64,000 bases of DNA from an uncultured Gammaproteobacteria bacterium (lineage in GTDB: Bacteria; Pseudomonadota; Gammaproteobacteria; JASBUN01): contig CAVZBR010000004.1 of the NCBI GenBank assembly GCA_963773585.1, forward strand, positions 429,941 through 493,940, in the 5' to 3' direction. This document shows, one piece after another, positions 51,413 to 61,859 of the stretch; the first letter of the stretch is position 1, and the number at the start of each line of letters is the position of its first letter. Both the position numbers and the translations under genes were made by a program. The notes beneath the pieces were generated by a model that saw only the letters and a program-made list of their open reading frames with translations, made no database searches and was not told the DNA's origin.

Positions 51413-51655
51413 TGCATTGTTGCACCCTGCCGGTTTATAAAGACGCTCTGTCGAAGCCGGATACTTGGCCAGTTTGTTTGCTGGGCGACGAGGACGGTTC
51501 TCAAGCTCGCCACCACAGTTTGGGCACTTGCCACCTAATACATTCTCGGCACAAGAAGAACAGAACGTGCACTCAAACGAACAGATTCGTGCTTCAGTGG
51601 ACTCCGGCGGAAGATCCTTATTGCAGCACTCACAGTTTGGGCGTAGTTGAAGCAT
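51407..51655 (-). CDS. DUF1272-family Cys-rich protein
   Basis: MLQLRPNCECC..ICSFECTFC..C..CPNCGGEL..RP; own AAGGAGG RBS. Confidence 0.85.
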   Translation of the reverse strand: MLQLRPNCECCNKDLPPESTEARICSFECTFCSSCAENVLGGKCPNCGGELENRPRRPANKLAKYPASTERLYKPAGCNNAA

Positions 51656-52099
51656 TTTTCTCCTCCTTGTCTTGCGTGCATCGTTGTCTTTGCTCTTGTC
51701 TGGGTCAAGGAGGAGGATAATCTGGAGCTGTTCTTGTTTAGTGTTTCCGCCATGTGCCACGTATTCGTGTCGTAAATGCATCAAGCGATCATGGCTGGAT
51801 CTTGCTTCGGCTGTACCAAAGATGTCCTTGGCCGCTAATGTTATCCTACGATCCTTTGCCTGGGTAAAGCATTTTCCGTAAAGCGCTAGCGCGCCGAACA
51901 TGAGCGCGCGATTGCCCACCGAGTCATGTTGATGCGGATCGAGGCGCGAAAGAATTTCCTGAACGTCCCGAATATCCCGGCTTATTAATGACAGGCCTGC
52001 CACTCGCTTGGCCAAAGGCCCTTCGACGACAACGTAGGGGCATGGCTTTCCGTCGAGCCGTGGACTGAACTCCAGTTTGTAGGTCCCACGATCTTTCAT
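51656..52099 (-). CDS. Hypothetical protein with HEPN-like RxxxxxH motif, running in frame into DUF1272
   Basis: GAGG RBS; helical YGKCF..HDRLMHLRHEYVAH; no stop codon of its own. Confidence 0.5.
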
Positions 52100-52287
52100 T
52101 CTTCACCTCACCGACTAGAACCAGCGACATGGAGCACCGCTTCGCGTCCACAGTATGGTAGTCAGCACACTTGTTGCGATGAGGCGAGTGGCGGGCGAAA
52201 CATCGTCACTTTTAAAGCGAGTGGTCCACGCAAAGCGTGGCCGATGCTTGATAACCTGGTGTGTCTAGAATTCATTGTTATGGCCAG

Positions 52288-52599
52288 TCACGCCGACACC
52301 CTTCGAAGCTTTGTTTCCATCTTTTCGTAATCACCCAAATGGACCCGCATGAGGCTCTTCCAGAGTTTGCCGTGGTTAGGGACGAAGAAATGAAGCAGTT
52401 CGTGGACGATGACGTAGTCCCATATCTCGGCGTCCAAGCTGAGCAATGCATCATTGAAATTCAGGTGACCCGCCGTGGAACAAGACGCCCACTTGTTGTT
52501 CATGTGGCGAACGCCCAGCCAGACGATCTTTACATCCAGCTTATCTGCCCAATACCGGACGCGCTGCTTGAACTCGTTCTTCTTGTCCGTGGCGCGCAT
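52288..52599 (-). CDS. Short YgjP/M48-like zinc metalloprotein
   Basis: KWASCS, YVIVHELLH, NHGKLWK; directly after hsdR. Confidence 0.85.
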   Translation of the reverse strand: MRATDKKNEFKQRVRYWADKLDVKIVWLGVRHMNNKWASCSTAGHLNFNDALLSLDAEIWDYVIVHELLHFFVPNHGKLWKSLMRVHLGDYEKMETKLRRVSA

Positions 52600-52601
52600 G
52601 G

Positions 52602-55600
52602 CTAAATTCGGTCCGCCCGATCCAACAGCGTAAATAACTCATCCACAATCGCGGTGACACGGTCCAGGTCATCGTTCTCGGCAAAGATGGCGAAGGTGAC
52701 CTGCTTGCGCAGTTCGCGCAACGCATTCTCGCTGCGCTTCCAGTTGGGAAAATCCGCGAAAGCATGGCGAATCTTTCGGCTGACCGCCTCCGCATTCTGA
52801 ATCTTCGCATCCAGCAAACTGCGATAGACGAAATACGTCAACCCATCGAACGACTTCTCCGCCTGTTCCTTTTTGCGAGCCTCGTTCGTTGCCACTTCCT
52901 TGAGTAACGCCTCCAGCGCCTCGGCGGTGCTGACCTGGCGGCCTTCGAAGGTTTCCTGCACGGCGCGTGCCCGCTCGGCCATGGCAATCAGGTACGGATC
53001 ATCGCTTTGCTCGTCCGCCAGCTTCTCGATGCTTTTTACTAGGTTGATCACTTTGGTGCCATCGCCGCCCTGCTTGTTCTTGATCAACTCGATGGTGTCG
53101 GCGTTGATCTCAACTAGCTCGCCCACTTGGGAGACCCCATAGCTGCCCACCTGATCCTGGACGAGCTGGTTAGTCTTTCGCTGGAAATCGCGGTCTACGT
53201 ACACCCGTTTTGCATAGGCGTTGCGAACAACGTGATAGATCGATGACAGTGTCCCATAGTCCTGGATGAACGGGCGCAGGAATGCGTCCGGCGAGATGAT
53301 CTCGTAGAGCATCTCGATTTCCTTGTACTCCTTGAAGAATTCCTTGCGTCGCCCGGGATCGCGGAAATGTTCGATGAGCGTCTCCACGTCCTTGTCGTTG
53401 AAATTGCGCTCGATCAGGCCAAGATATTCCGGCGCCTTGGATTCCATCTTGTTCTTGAACAGCACCTTCAGGAGCTTGAGATCCTTGACGATGGCGTTGA
53501 TCTCATCGCTGTCGAACGCCAGCGCCTTTTCCAGCTTGTCGAAAATGCCGACGAAATCGAGCACGAAGCCGTGGGGCTTCACCATCTCCTGCGCCTCGTT
53601 TTCGTAGGGACGGTTCACACGCGCAATGGCCTGCAGTAACGTGTGGTCGCGCATGGGCTTGTCCAGATACATGGCATAGAGCACGGGCGCATCGAAACCC
53701 GTAAGCAGCTTTTCGGTCACGATCAGAACCTTCGGCTTCTCTTCGAGCTTGCCGAAGCTCTTACGGATCTGCCTTTCTTTCTTGGGATCGAGATGGAATT
53801 CCTTCAATAGCGCCGAGTCGTTATTACTGCCGGTATACACCACCTCGGAATACTCCGGCGGAAGAAATTCGTCGAGCGCGTGCTTGTACCGGGCACACGC
53901 TTCGCGGTCCACCCCAACAAGGAATGCCTTGTAACCGAGTGGCTCGACATTCTGGCGGTAATGTTCGGCGACGAACTGCGCGACCTTTCGGATACGCTCT
54001 TCGCCCTTGAGAAAGTTCTTCAGGTTCACCGCCCGCTCGAGGATCTTGTTCAACTCCTCGATGTCGGCCACGCCCTCTGCTTCGGCCAGCGAAAGAAACT
54101 CCTTGTCGAGTGTTTCGTGCGGCACCAGCATCTCGTTGGGCGCGAGCTGATAGTAAAGCGGCAACGTGGTGCCGTCCTCGATGCTGTCGGCGATGGAATA
54201 CTTATGTAGGTAGCCCTGATCGTCCTCGCAGCCGAACGTTTTGAAGGTGCCCTTGCCGTAAACCGTCTTGTCCACCGGGGTCCCGGTGAAACCGAGGAAG
54301 GTCGCGTTCGGCAGACCGGCCATGAGGAAGTTACCCAGATCACCGCCGGTGGTGCGGTGTGCTTCGTCGATGAGCACGTAGATATTCGAGCGCGTATTGA
54401 GGTCCGCCGGCATGTCGCGGAACTTGTGGATCATCGTCACGATGATGCCCCGGTAGTCGTCCTTCAGCAGCTTGTTGAGTCGGGCGATGCTGCTGGCATG
54501 CTCCAGATTGCCCAGGCCGAGCGCGGCCAGGTTCTTGAGCATCTGGTCTTCCAGCTCGTTGCGGTCGATCATCAGTAGGATGGTTGGCTTCTCGGCTTCC
54601 TGTGCGCGGAACAGTCGTTCAGCCGCCTTGATCATGGTGTAGGTCTTGCCGCTGCCCTGGGTGTGCCAGACCAGCCCGCGGGTACGCTTGGGATCGAGCG
54701 CGCGGCCGACGGTCGCCTCCACCGCGCCGGTCTGGTGCTGGCGCAGGACGTACTTGTGCAGCTCCTCGTCCTTTTCGGCAAAGACGATGTAGTCCTTGAG
54801 AAACGACAGGATGTTCGGAATCGAACAGAACGACTTCACCTTCTGTTCCAGACGACCGGGGATATCTTTAACCGCAGATGACGCAGATTGACGCAGATTG
54901 CCTTCCGAAGTGGTTTCATCTGCGCCCATCTGCGCAATCTGCGGTTTCAAAATCTTCCAGTTGAAAATGTTTCGCCGCACCGTATTCCAGCTCACTCCGT
55001 AGGAAAAGCCGATGGCGTCGGTGGCGGAGAAAAGCTGCTGCGACACGAACAGCTCGGGCGTCTCGCGGTGGTAACGGCGGATCTGGTCCACCCCTAGCGC
55101 TATCGCCTCGTCCTTGTTGGCGTTCTTGCACTCGATCACCAGCACCGGGATGCCGTTGATGAGAAAGACCACATCCTCCCGCGTGCCGTAGTGGCCGTTG
55201 TGAAAGGCCCACTCCTCGGTGACCTCGTAGACGTTTTTCGACGGATCGTCGTAATCGATCAGGATCAGGTCGCGCTCGCGGTTCTCCTCGTGATCGAAGA
55301 ACGTGCCCCGGTTGCGCAGTTGATCGACAAAATCGCGGTTGCCGTAGATGTCGGTGTGGAGATGGCGGAACTGGCCGAGCAAGGCGCCCTCGGCCTCTGC
55401 GTAGCGCGGATTGAACTCCCGCACCTTGGCGTCGAGCAGGTCGTCGAAGAACAGCGAGCGGTTTTTGGCGCGCTCGGCGGGTGGCGACCTCGGGATCGAA
55501 CCCGCGCCGCTGCTCGGCTTCCTCGCGGGGCACAAACGTCCAACCGATGGCCTCGGCGTATGCGAGGATGCGGGCTTGGACGGTTTTGCGCTCGCCTGGC

Positions 55601-55605
55601 TTCAT
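52602..55605 (-). CDS. hsdR: Type I restriction subunit HsdR; +1 frameshift near 55486
   Basis: D..INGIP..IECK nuclease motif, HTQGSGKT, DEAHR, GFTGTP, LLTGFDAP, QAIARVNR; N-terminus MKPGERKTVQARIL in an adjacent frame. Confidence 0.92.
54870..54946. repeat. 77-bp palindromic MITE-like insert in frame within hsdR
   Basis: Arms AACCGCAGATGACGCAGATTGACGCAGAT and ATCTGCGCCCATCTGCGCAATCTGCGGTT (25 of 29 complementary) with a 19-nt spacer. Confidence 0.85.
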
Positions 55606-56911
55606 GAATAGGATTTCAGATTCAAGGTGCGCTGAATTTGTTCGCGCACGACATCAGGCACGCCCGCCTTTTCTGCAAACGATCTCCATTTCGATACCGT
55701 CGCCTGCACTTCGGCAACGATCTTCGCAGCGCGCCCCCGTTTCATCGAAGCAGTCTTTGCGCAGGCGTTGAAGTCCTCCATCGTGAAATTGTCGCGTTTT
55801 CCGTTCATCGTCATCTGATGGCTTGCCGTCCACGCACCCGCGGGATTAAAGCTGTAGGTCATATCAAAGGCCGGCGACAGCGACCACTCACCGGATTTAT
55901 TCATCAGGAAGGCAATATTCTTCACGTGGTCATCCTGATTGCGCGCCACGATGTTAAATACCATGCGCCGAAACAGTTGCTCGATGGCCTGCATCGGCAA
56001 CTGCAGTTGCCGCATCACCAGCAACGCCTGCTCGTAGCTATAAGCGCCTGCCATATTGAAATCGTAGTGCGCCAGGGCGCAGAGTGACTGCATGTGAAGT
56101 TTTTCGCCGGCAGCAAGACGATCAAAGCGGCGCGTCATGAAATGCGACCGACCATTCTCTTTAAACAGCCGGCATTCGCTGATTTCAATGCCGCATTCAA
56201 GCGCCATCAGGTAATACGCATACTCGATCACCCCGTAGCCTTTTGGGTCTTCCAGTTCCTTGTCCTTGTTGCCACTAACGCCGTCAAATTTCAGCAGCCA
56301 GTATTCAAATCCCTTGCCGGCTTTGACCTGGCCCGACCGCACTTCATTGGTTTTCGGGTTCCATGCGATGACCGCCTTCGCCCTGCGCGCCACCGGCGGA
56401 TGTGCCCACGCGCAGAATATCCCTTAGCGCATCCTCTCTGCCTTCATCCGCAAAAGACGCCTGCAGGTTATTCCGGTGGGTCAATATCTCCGATGCAAGC
56501 TCAACCAACTTGCCGACCTCAATGTGTGTTGATCTGCTTTGCCCTGGGGCCGATGGCGGGGGCAAATTCCAGCGCACCCATGCCGCGTTCACCGGTATAG
56601 CAAAGCCGCTCAACCGCGTTGAAGGAACCCGGTTGCCGCCCCTGCGATGCCAGCCAGGCATCGATCAGCGCGTTGCCAAATTTGTCGGGCAGCGAGTCGG
56701 CCAGCAGGCCGGGCAGCCCGAGAAAAGTCGGGCGAGAAAGCTCGGGGAAGCGGTACACGCGCCGGGAAAGCGGCATCACAATCGGCGCGACTTGAATACC
56801 GCTTTGCGCGAATTCGGCATCGTATTCAAAGCTGGCGACTTCCTCCCCATCCTGTAGTGAGACAGCGCCGATGGTTTTGCCCCACAGCCTGACTTCGGCA
56901 AGCGTGCTCAT
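55602..56911 (-). CDS. hipA: HipA-family Ser/Thr kinase toxin; two +1 frameshifts (near 56532 and 56386)
   Basis: DSLPDKFG, GMGALEF, SAGGA then RAKA, WLLKFD, RFDR, NQDDHVKN, LSPAFD spread over three frames. Confidence 0.88.
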
Positions 56912-57258
56912 GGCTTCTCATCCCAGCGCCATGGTTTGCCAGTCGCCTTTGCGGCACGTCGACCCGAAGCCCGTTGTCGGACCTTGCCTTTTCGCTTTAA
57001 CAAATCCATCGGTCTGGGCCCGGACTCCGGAATCAGGCTATCCAGCCCTGATGCGGCGTCCAGCACCCGCAGCACACGAACCAGGGTGGCCAACTGTGAC
57101 GTTTGCCCTGCCTCCATACGCTCAAGGGTGCGCTTGGCGATACCCGCCTGTTCGGCCACAGCCGCCTGGGTCAGCTGCAATTCAACCCGGCGACCGGCAA
57201 TCCGTGCGCCCAATTCGGCCAGCACGGCATCATCTGTGAGTAAGCCAGTGATTTTCAT
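56908..57258 (-). CDS. XRE/HipB-like HTH antitoxin
   Basis: LTQAAVAEQAGIAKRTLERMEAG; ATGA overlap with hipA. Confidence 0.85.
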   Translation of the reverse strand: MKITGLLTDDAVLAELGARIAGRRVELQLTQAAVAEQAGIAKRTLERMEAGQTSQLATLVRVLRVLDAASGLDSLIPESGPRPMDLLKRKGKVRQRASGRRAAKATGKPWRWDEKP

Positions 57259-57260
57259 AG

Positions 57261-57444
57261 TCGTAATATATTGCGAATATGTCGGCTAAGTTGCCATATA
57301 TCGTCACATATTGCGATATATAGCTTATTAATTGAATTTCGTCAAGTCGCAATAAATAGCGAGATATCGGCTGTATTAGTCATTATTCGCAATCTGTTAC
57401 GATCTATTCGGTTATCTCAGAGGCCATATCGACATATAAAGCGC
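57261..57444. promoter_or_regulatory. Five TCG-N10-CGA operator-like boxes upstream of hipBA
   Basis: Boxes start at 57261, 57301, 57347, 57387 and 57429 (the last ends CGC); AT-rich region. Confidence 0.65.
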
Positions 57445-57526
57445 TCTATTTGTCGTGCATTCTCTGTTGTGTCGCTGAAGAGGCCTTTTTGTCGCGAATG
57501 CCCGTCACGACGATCCTTTCGTCGCC

Positions 57527-58180
57527 TCATGCGTCTCGAACAGGAAAACCGTCAAGGTAGAGGCCGCCCCGACGGCCAGACTCACCTGGCGGGCGGTCCG
57601 CCCGGTTGCCGAGCCGTGCGAACAGCTCCGGCATTTCGCGGTGGTACCGGCGGATCTGGTCTACCCCGAGGGCAATCGCCTCGCCGTTGTTGGCGTTCTT
57701 GCACTCGATCACCAGTACCGGGATGCCGTTGATGAGAAAAACCACATCCTCCCGTGTGCCGTAGTGACCGTTGTGAAAGGCCCACTCCTCGGTAACTTCG
57801 TAAATGTTATTCGACGAATTGTTGTAATCAATCAGGATCAGGTCGCGCTCGCGGTTGTCCTCATGATCGAAGAACGTGCCCCGGTTGCGCAGTTGCTCGA
57901 CGAAGTCCCGGTTGCCGTAGATGTCGGTGTGGAGATGGCGGAACTGCCCGAGCAAGGCGCCCTCGGCTTCTGCGTAACGCGGATTGAACTCCCGCACCTT
58001 GGCGTCGAGCAGGTCATCGAAGAACAGCGAGCGGTTCTTGGCGCGCTCGGCGGGCGGGACCTCGGGATCGAAGCCGCGCCGCTGCTCGGCTTCCTCGCGG
58101 GACACAAACGTCCAACCGATGGCCTCGGCATATTCGAGGATGCGGGCTTGGACGGTTTTGTGTTCTCCGGGTGTGGGCAT
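57527..58180 (-). pseudogene. hsdR: Truncated second copy of the hsdR 5' end
   Basis: 57619-58172 closely matches 55046-55600; homology stops after PELF. Confidence 0.9.
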
Positions 58181-58186
58181 GGATGC

Positions 58187-60188
58187 CTAGTGCTTCCATT
58201 TGGTGACAACTTGATTCACCGCATCGATCAGCTTACGGAATGAAGCGACTGTGTCCTTGTCGACAGCGGTAAGATCGCTCTTGCCGAGTTCCGTCATGAT
58301 TCGCTTTGCGACTCGCCCCTTGTTGAAAGTCCCGAGTCTCGCCTTTCCAAAGGCGTCCTCGACTCGGTGAACCAACGACTTAGTTCCGGCCGTCTTCTGT
58401 TCGAGCGATAGGGTTTTCCCGGCCAACTCCTTGGAATATGCTTCCTCCACTTTCGCGATATAGTAGGTTTCGCCGAAGAGGTCCTCCAACGCGCACGGTT
58501 TCGAGCCAATGGTATCTCCAACCATGACCACGAGCTTCTCGTCCAAAATCCACTGATGAACGAGTTGTTCAAGCGCCTGCTCACCTGCGGGATCGGACTC
58601 GAGTAGCACCGCCACGTGCAATTCTTGCCCGTGAAGTATTGTGCCAACATAGGCGACCTTGCTTGCACCGCCGGCTGGCGTAACCACCAAGTCCGCATCT
58701 AGCCCGTGCTGACCGGCTTCCTCGAATAAAGTCGAGAAAGTCGTGAGAAACCAAAAATCATCAACGCCCTCCACCACAAGGTTGTATTGGCCAACGAAGA
58801 GAGACTGGCTCCATGACATCCCGAGTGCAGCTTGCAGCGTGAATCGAGCGTCTTTGTCAGCGGTTGCCCAATTGGTATGAATCTTTGTCCCTTCTTTCTG
58901 AATATCTTCTGCAACGTAGATGTTGTCCAGTCGCTTGAAGTCGATCATAAATGGCAAGTGCGTCGTATAAACAAGCTGATTTTCTTTCGCATAGGCCTTC
59001 ATCCTCTCAAGCAAGTCCCTCTGCGCTGCGGCGTGGAGATGGAGACCTGGTTCGTCCAGTAAGATTATTGCGTTGCTGAAGTTGCCCTCGGTTTCGTACA
59101 TGAAGTGCATGTCGAAGGAAAAGAACCACTGAAAACCCTTTGAGCGCTCCTCTAGCAGAACTAGTCCCTTGTCGTTTTGATCCTTCACGAATGTCATAAA
59201 ATGCTGTCCGTCAGCTTGAAACACGACCTGATATCTACGCTGAGACCATCGCTCTGCAATCAATTCTGTCAGGGTATTGCTTGCATCGTTCATATCGAGC
59301 ATTCGCTGCTCTCTATCCTCTTCATTCCCTTTTGACACCTCGTCATCCAAGTCCAAGCCGGCCATATTCATGATCATGATGATCGTTTCTTCTTCGGGCT
59401 TGAGCTTCTTCTCCTTCTTATGCTTTTGCACCTCATCCAGTTGCGCCGACCCAACAAACGTCCGGTAGTCATCCATATAGACGAAGGTTGGCATGTGTTT
59501 ATGGACATAGTCGACGACACGCAGAAGAGGCGTCGTCTCAATCTCTTCGACAACGTCATCAATTAGGGTGATGAGGGGAGTGATCGCATTCCGATCTTGT
59601 TGCTGAGGAGGTTCTGTCGGCGCTACAAACGTGGGAAGCGTTTCTCTCAAATCGCGAAGCCCCTCCACCGCACGGCCGCTTCCCCCGCCGTTTCGGACTT
59701 CTTCCAACAGAGTCGAAAATGTAACCGCAAATTGCGTCTTGAAGTGATCAGAAAATGTCTCCGGAAGATTTTCCAGCAGCTTTTGGAGAAGATCCGCAAC
59801 CCACTCCACGGCGTGCTCGGTGCTGGGATTTTTGGGTGAAAATTGATGCTTGTATCTTCCCGCGTAATTCCAGCTTACCTCGACCGCCTCAATGCCTTTG
59901 GCGGATTCATGAAGCGCAGCAATCTCTGCTTGCTCCTCTGACGAGAACGAGAATACGGCTTCAACCACGACCTTCTCAGGGCTCTTCTCTTTCCTGCGGC
60001 CGCTCGGCCATTCCCGGTCGATGTTGTATCCGGTATTGTGATAGGGATTGAGACGCAACAGCGCCTTGAGGAACGATGTTTTTCCGGATTCGTTCCGGCC
60101 TACGATCACGGCGATGTCGTCAAAGTTCACCCATCCCGAATCGGTGATGCAGCGATAGTTTTGAATTCTGCATTTTTTCGAGTTTCAT
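58187..60188 (-). CDS. OLD-like ABC ATPase-TOPRIM nuclease; +1 shift in an A6 run near 60175
   Basis: MKLEK then CRIQNYRCI.DSG, GRNESGKT, RSKGFQWFFSF, LLDEPGLHLH, TTHLPF, VVEGVDD; ATGA overlap with the hsdS stop. Confidence 0.8.
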
Positions 60189-61543
60189 ATGGCTCTTCTC
60201 TTAATTATGTTGGAGTCCATGGCAACGGAGGGTAAATCAAGTTCGTGAACGCGGGTCTTCGCAGTCATCAACTCGTGAAGGAGGGTGCGGAACAGGTTTT
60301 GTAGCGTATTCCGTTTCGAAGTCGCCAGATTGTGCTTCGAGTCGATCAATTCGAGATGTGCGACAATCTCGTCTTGCTGCTCCATCGGCGGGAGAGGTAT
60401 CCGAGTATTTTTCACTGCTCCCACATTGAAATGCTGCTGGGCTAGCCCAATCTTCCCCGCCTGAACTTGAACTTTGGCGGCGTCTGAGTTGAAGAATCGG
60501 CTCAGGTAATGGCTGCGCAGTTTCGCCCTATTGGGCCGGACGAAAATCAAATCTATGCAGTTGCTGCCGTCGAACTCCGGCGGAACGACGCACGAGGTTC
60601 CAGGGTAGCCGGTCCGCACAATCAGAACATCTCCCGCCGACAACTTTGATTTCTTTACCGGGCCGTTGTTCGCCTCTTCGGATATATAAACCATCGGCTC
60701 AGGCTGAATCCGATCTTCCCTGACGTTCTGTGAACGAAACGCAGGAACGCCATCGGCCACGTAGTAGCTGGATGGCTTCACAACGATCCCGACGCTGATC
60801 GAATCGCATACATCCTCGCACCGCACCACCTCCCAGCTTTCGGGGACGGGGCCGATTGCGGTTTGTTTTTGTGGTTCGTTGCGGAGGCCTTCGGTGAAGA
60901 GCTTGTGCATGATGGCCTTTTTCAGCTCGGTGGTGCTCTGGATGATCCGCTCCTGCGCTTCGATCGCCCGCTGTACCGTCGAAAGGATATGCGCGATCTT
61001 CTTCTGCTCGGGGAGTGGGGGGAGCGGGATCAAGCGGTCACCAAGAACCGTTTTGCGTAACCGCTGCCGTCCTGTGCTTCCTTCCATCTTGCCTGCAAGG
61101 TCGGAGCGCACTTCCGGGTGCAAGAGATAGAAGAACAGGAACAGCGTGTCCGATTCTTCTTTCCGGCCACGTATGGGGATAACCTCGGTCGTGGCATAGG
61201 CGAAATCGCTCTCGATATCGACGATGGCCTGTTTGCCGTTCTCGAATGAGGGCGTGATCTTCGCGACCATGAGGTCGCCGTTTTCGACGTAGGTGCCGCT
61301 TCCGAGCTGGGCCAAGGGCTTTGGCGTGAATACAGACACGTGAATACGACCCAACGGAATTTGATCCATTGGGAAGAACGGGATTTCGTCGCCATTCTTC
61401 GAAAGGTCGAGACCACGAGGCTTACCAGTAAAGTCAAACGACTCGGCGATCGGACCGAGCTTCCAATCGGAAGGAAATTGGAACTGTTCGATCTTCATAC
61501 CCCAATCTTCTCCTGAATCTCCTTTAACACCGTAACTGAACAT
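60185..61543 (-). CDS. hsdS: Type I R-M specificity subunit (start may be 61498)
   Basis: Two TRDs; IPLPPLPEQKKIA and IPLPPMEQQDEIV; GPVPESW linker. Confidence 0.92.
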   Translation of the reverse strand: MFSYGVKGDSGEDWGMKIEQFQFPSDWKLGPIAESFDFTGKPRGLDLSKNGDEIPFFPMDQIPLGRIHVSVFTPKPLAQLGSGTYVENGDLMVAKITPSFENGKQAIVDIESDFAYATTEVIPIRGRKEESDTLFLFFYLLHPEVRSDLAGKMEGSTGRQRLRKTVLGDRLIPLPPLPEQKKIAHILSTVQRAIEAQERIIQSTTELKKAIMHKLFTEGLRNEPQKQTAIGPVPESWEVVRCEDVCDSISVGIVVKPSSYYVADGVPAFRSQNVREDRIQPEPMVYISEEANNGPVKKSKLSAGDVLIVRTGYPGTSCVVPPEFDGSNCIDLIFVRPNRAKLRSHYLSRFFNSDAAKVQVQAGKIGLAQQHFNVGAVKNTRIPLPPMEQQDEIVAHLELIDSKHNLATSKRNTLQNLFRTLLHELMTAKTRVHELDLPSVAMDSNIIKRRAI

Positions 61544-61553
61544 AACTCAGCAA

Positions 61554-61859
61554 TCATCCTCCGCTCCTTTCTCCACCTGCAATCTGTTCCAGTTTCTGCA
61601 AATCCTCTGCATCGGCCTGCCGGGCCATGGTCCTGTAGCGCTTGCCGTCTGCGGCAGTTGTCAAGGAATCCCTGACAACTGAATCATCGATCAACTCCCC
61701 GTCTTTAAAGATATTTTTGGCGTGGAGGCTGACGTTCTGCTTGGTGGTCTGGAAGAGTTCGGCGATTTCAAGCTGGGTGAGCCAGACGGTCTGGCCATCG
61801 ACGCGGAGATCGAGCCGGGTGCGGCCGTCGTCTGAGGTGTAAAGAATCAGTTCGCTCAC
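61554..61859 (-). CDS. RhuM-like protein with a large in-frame internal deletion
   Basis: TVWLTQLEIAELFQTTKQNVSLH..NIF..GEL..TAADGKRY joined directly to a short tail; 101 aa. Confidence 0.7.
   Translation of the reverse strand: MSELILYTSDDGRTRLDLRVDGQTVWLTQLEIAELFQTTKQNVSLHAKNIFKDGELIDDSVVRDSLTTAADGKRYRTMARQADAEDLQKLEQIAGGERSGG

Noticed and set aside
55480-55495. Programmed frameshift or phase variation in hsdR
   Set aside because: No slippery site or simple repeat; the duplicate copy shows it is a single extra base.
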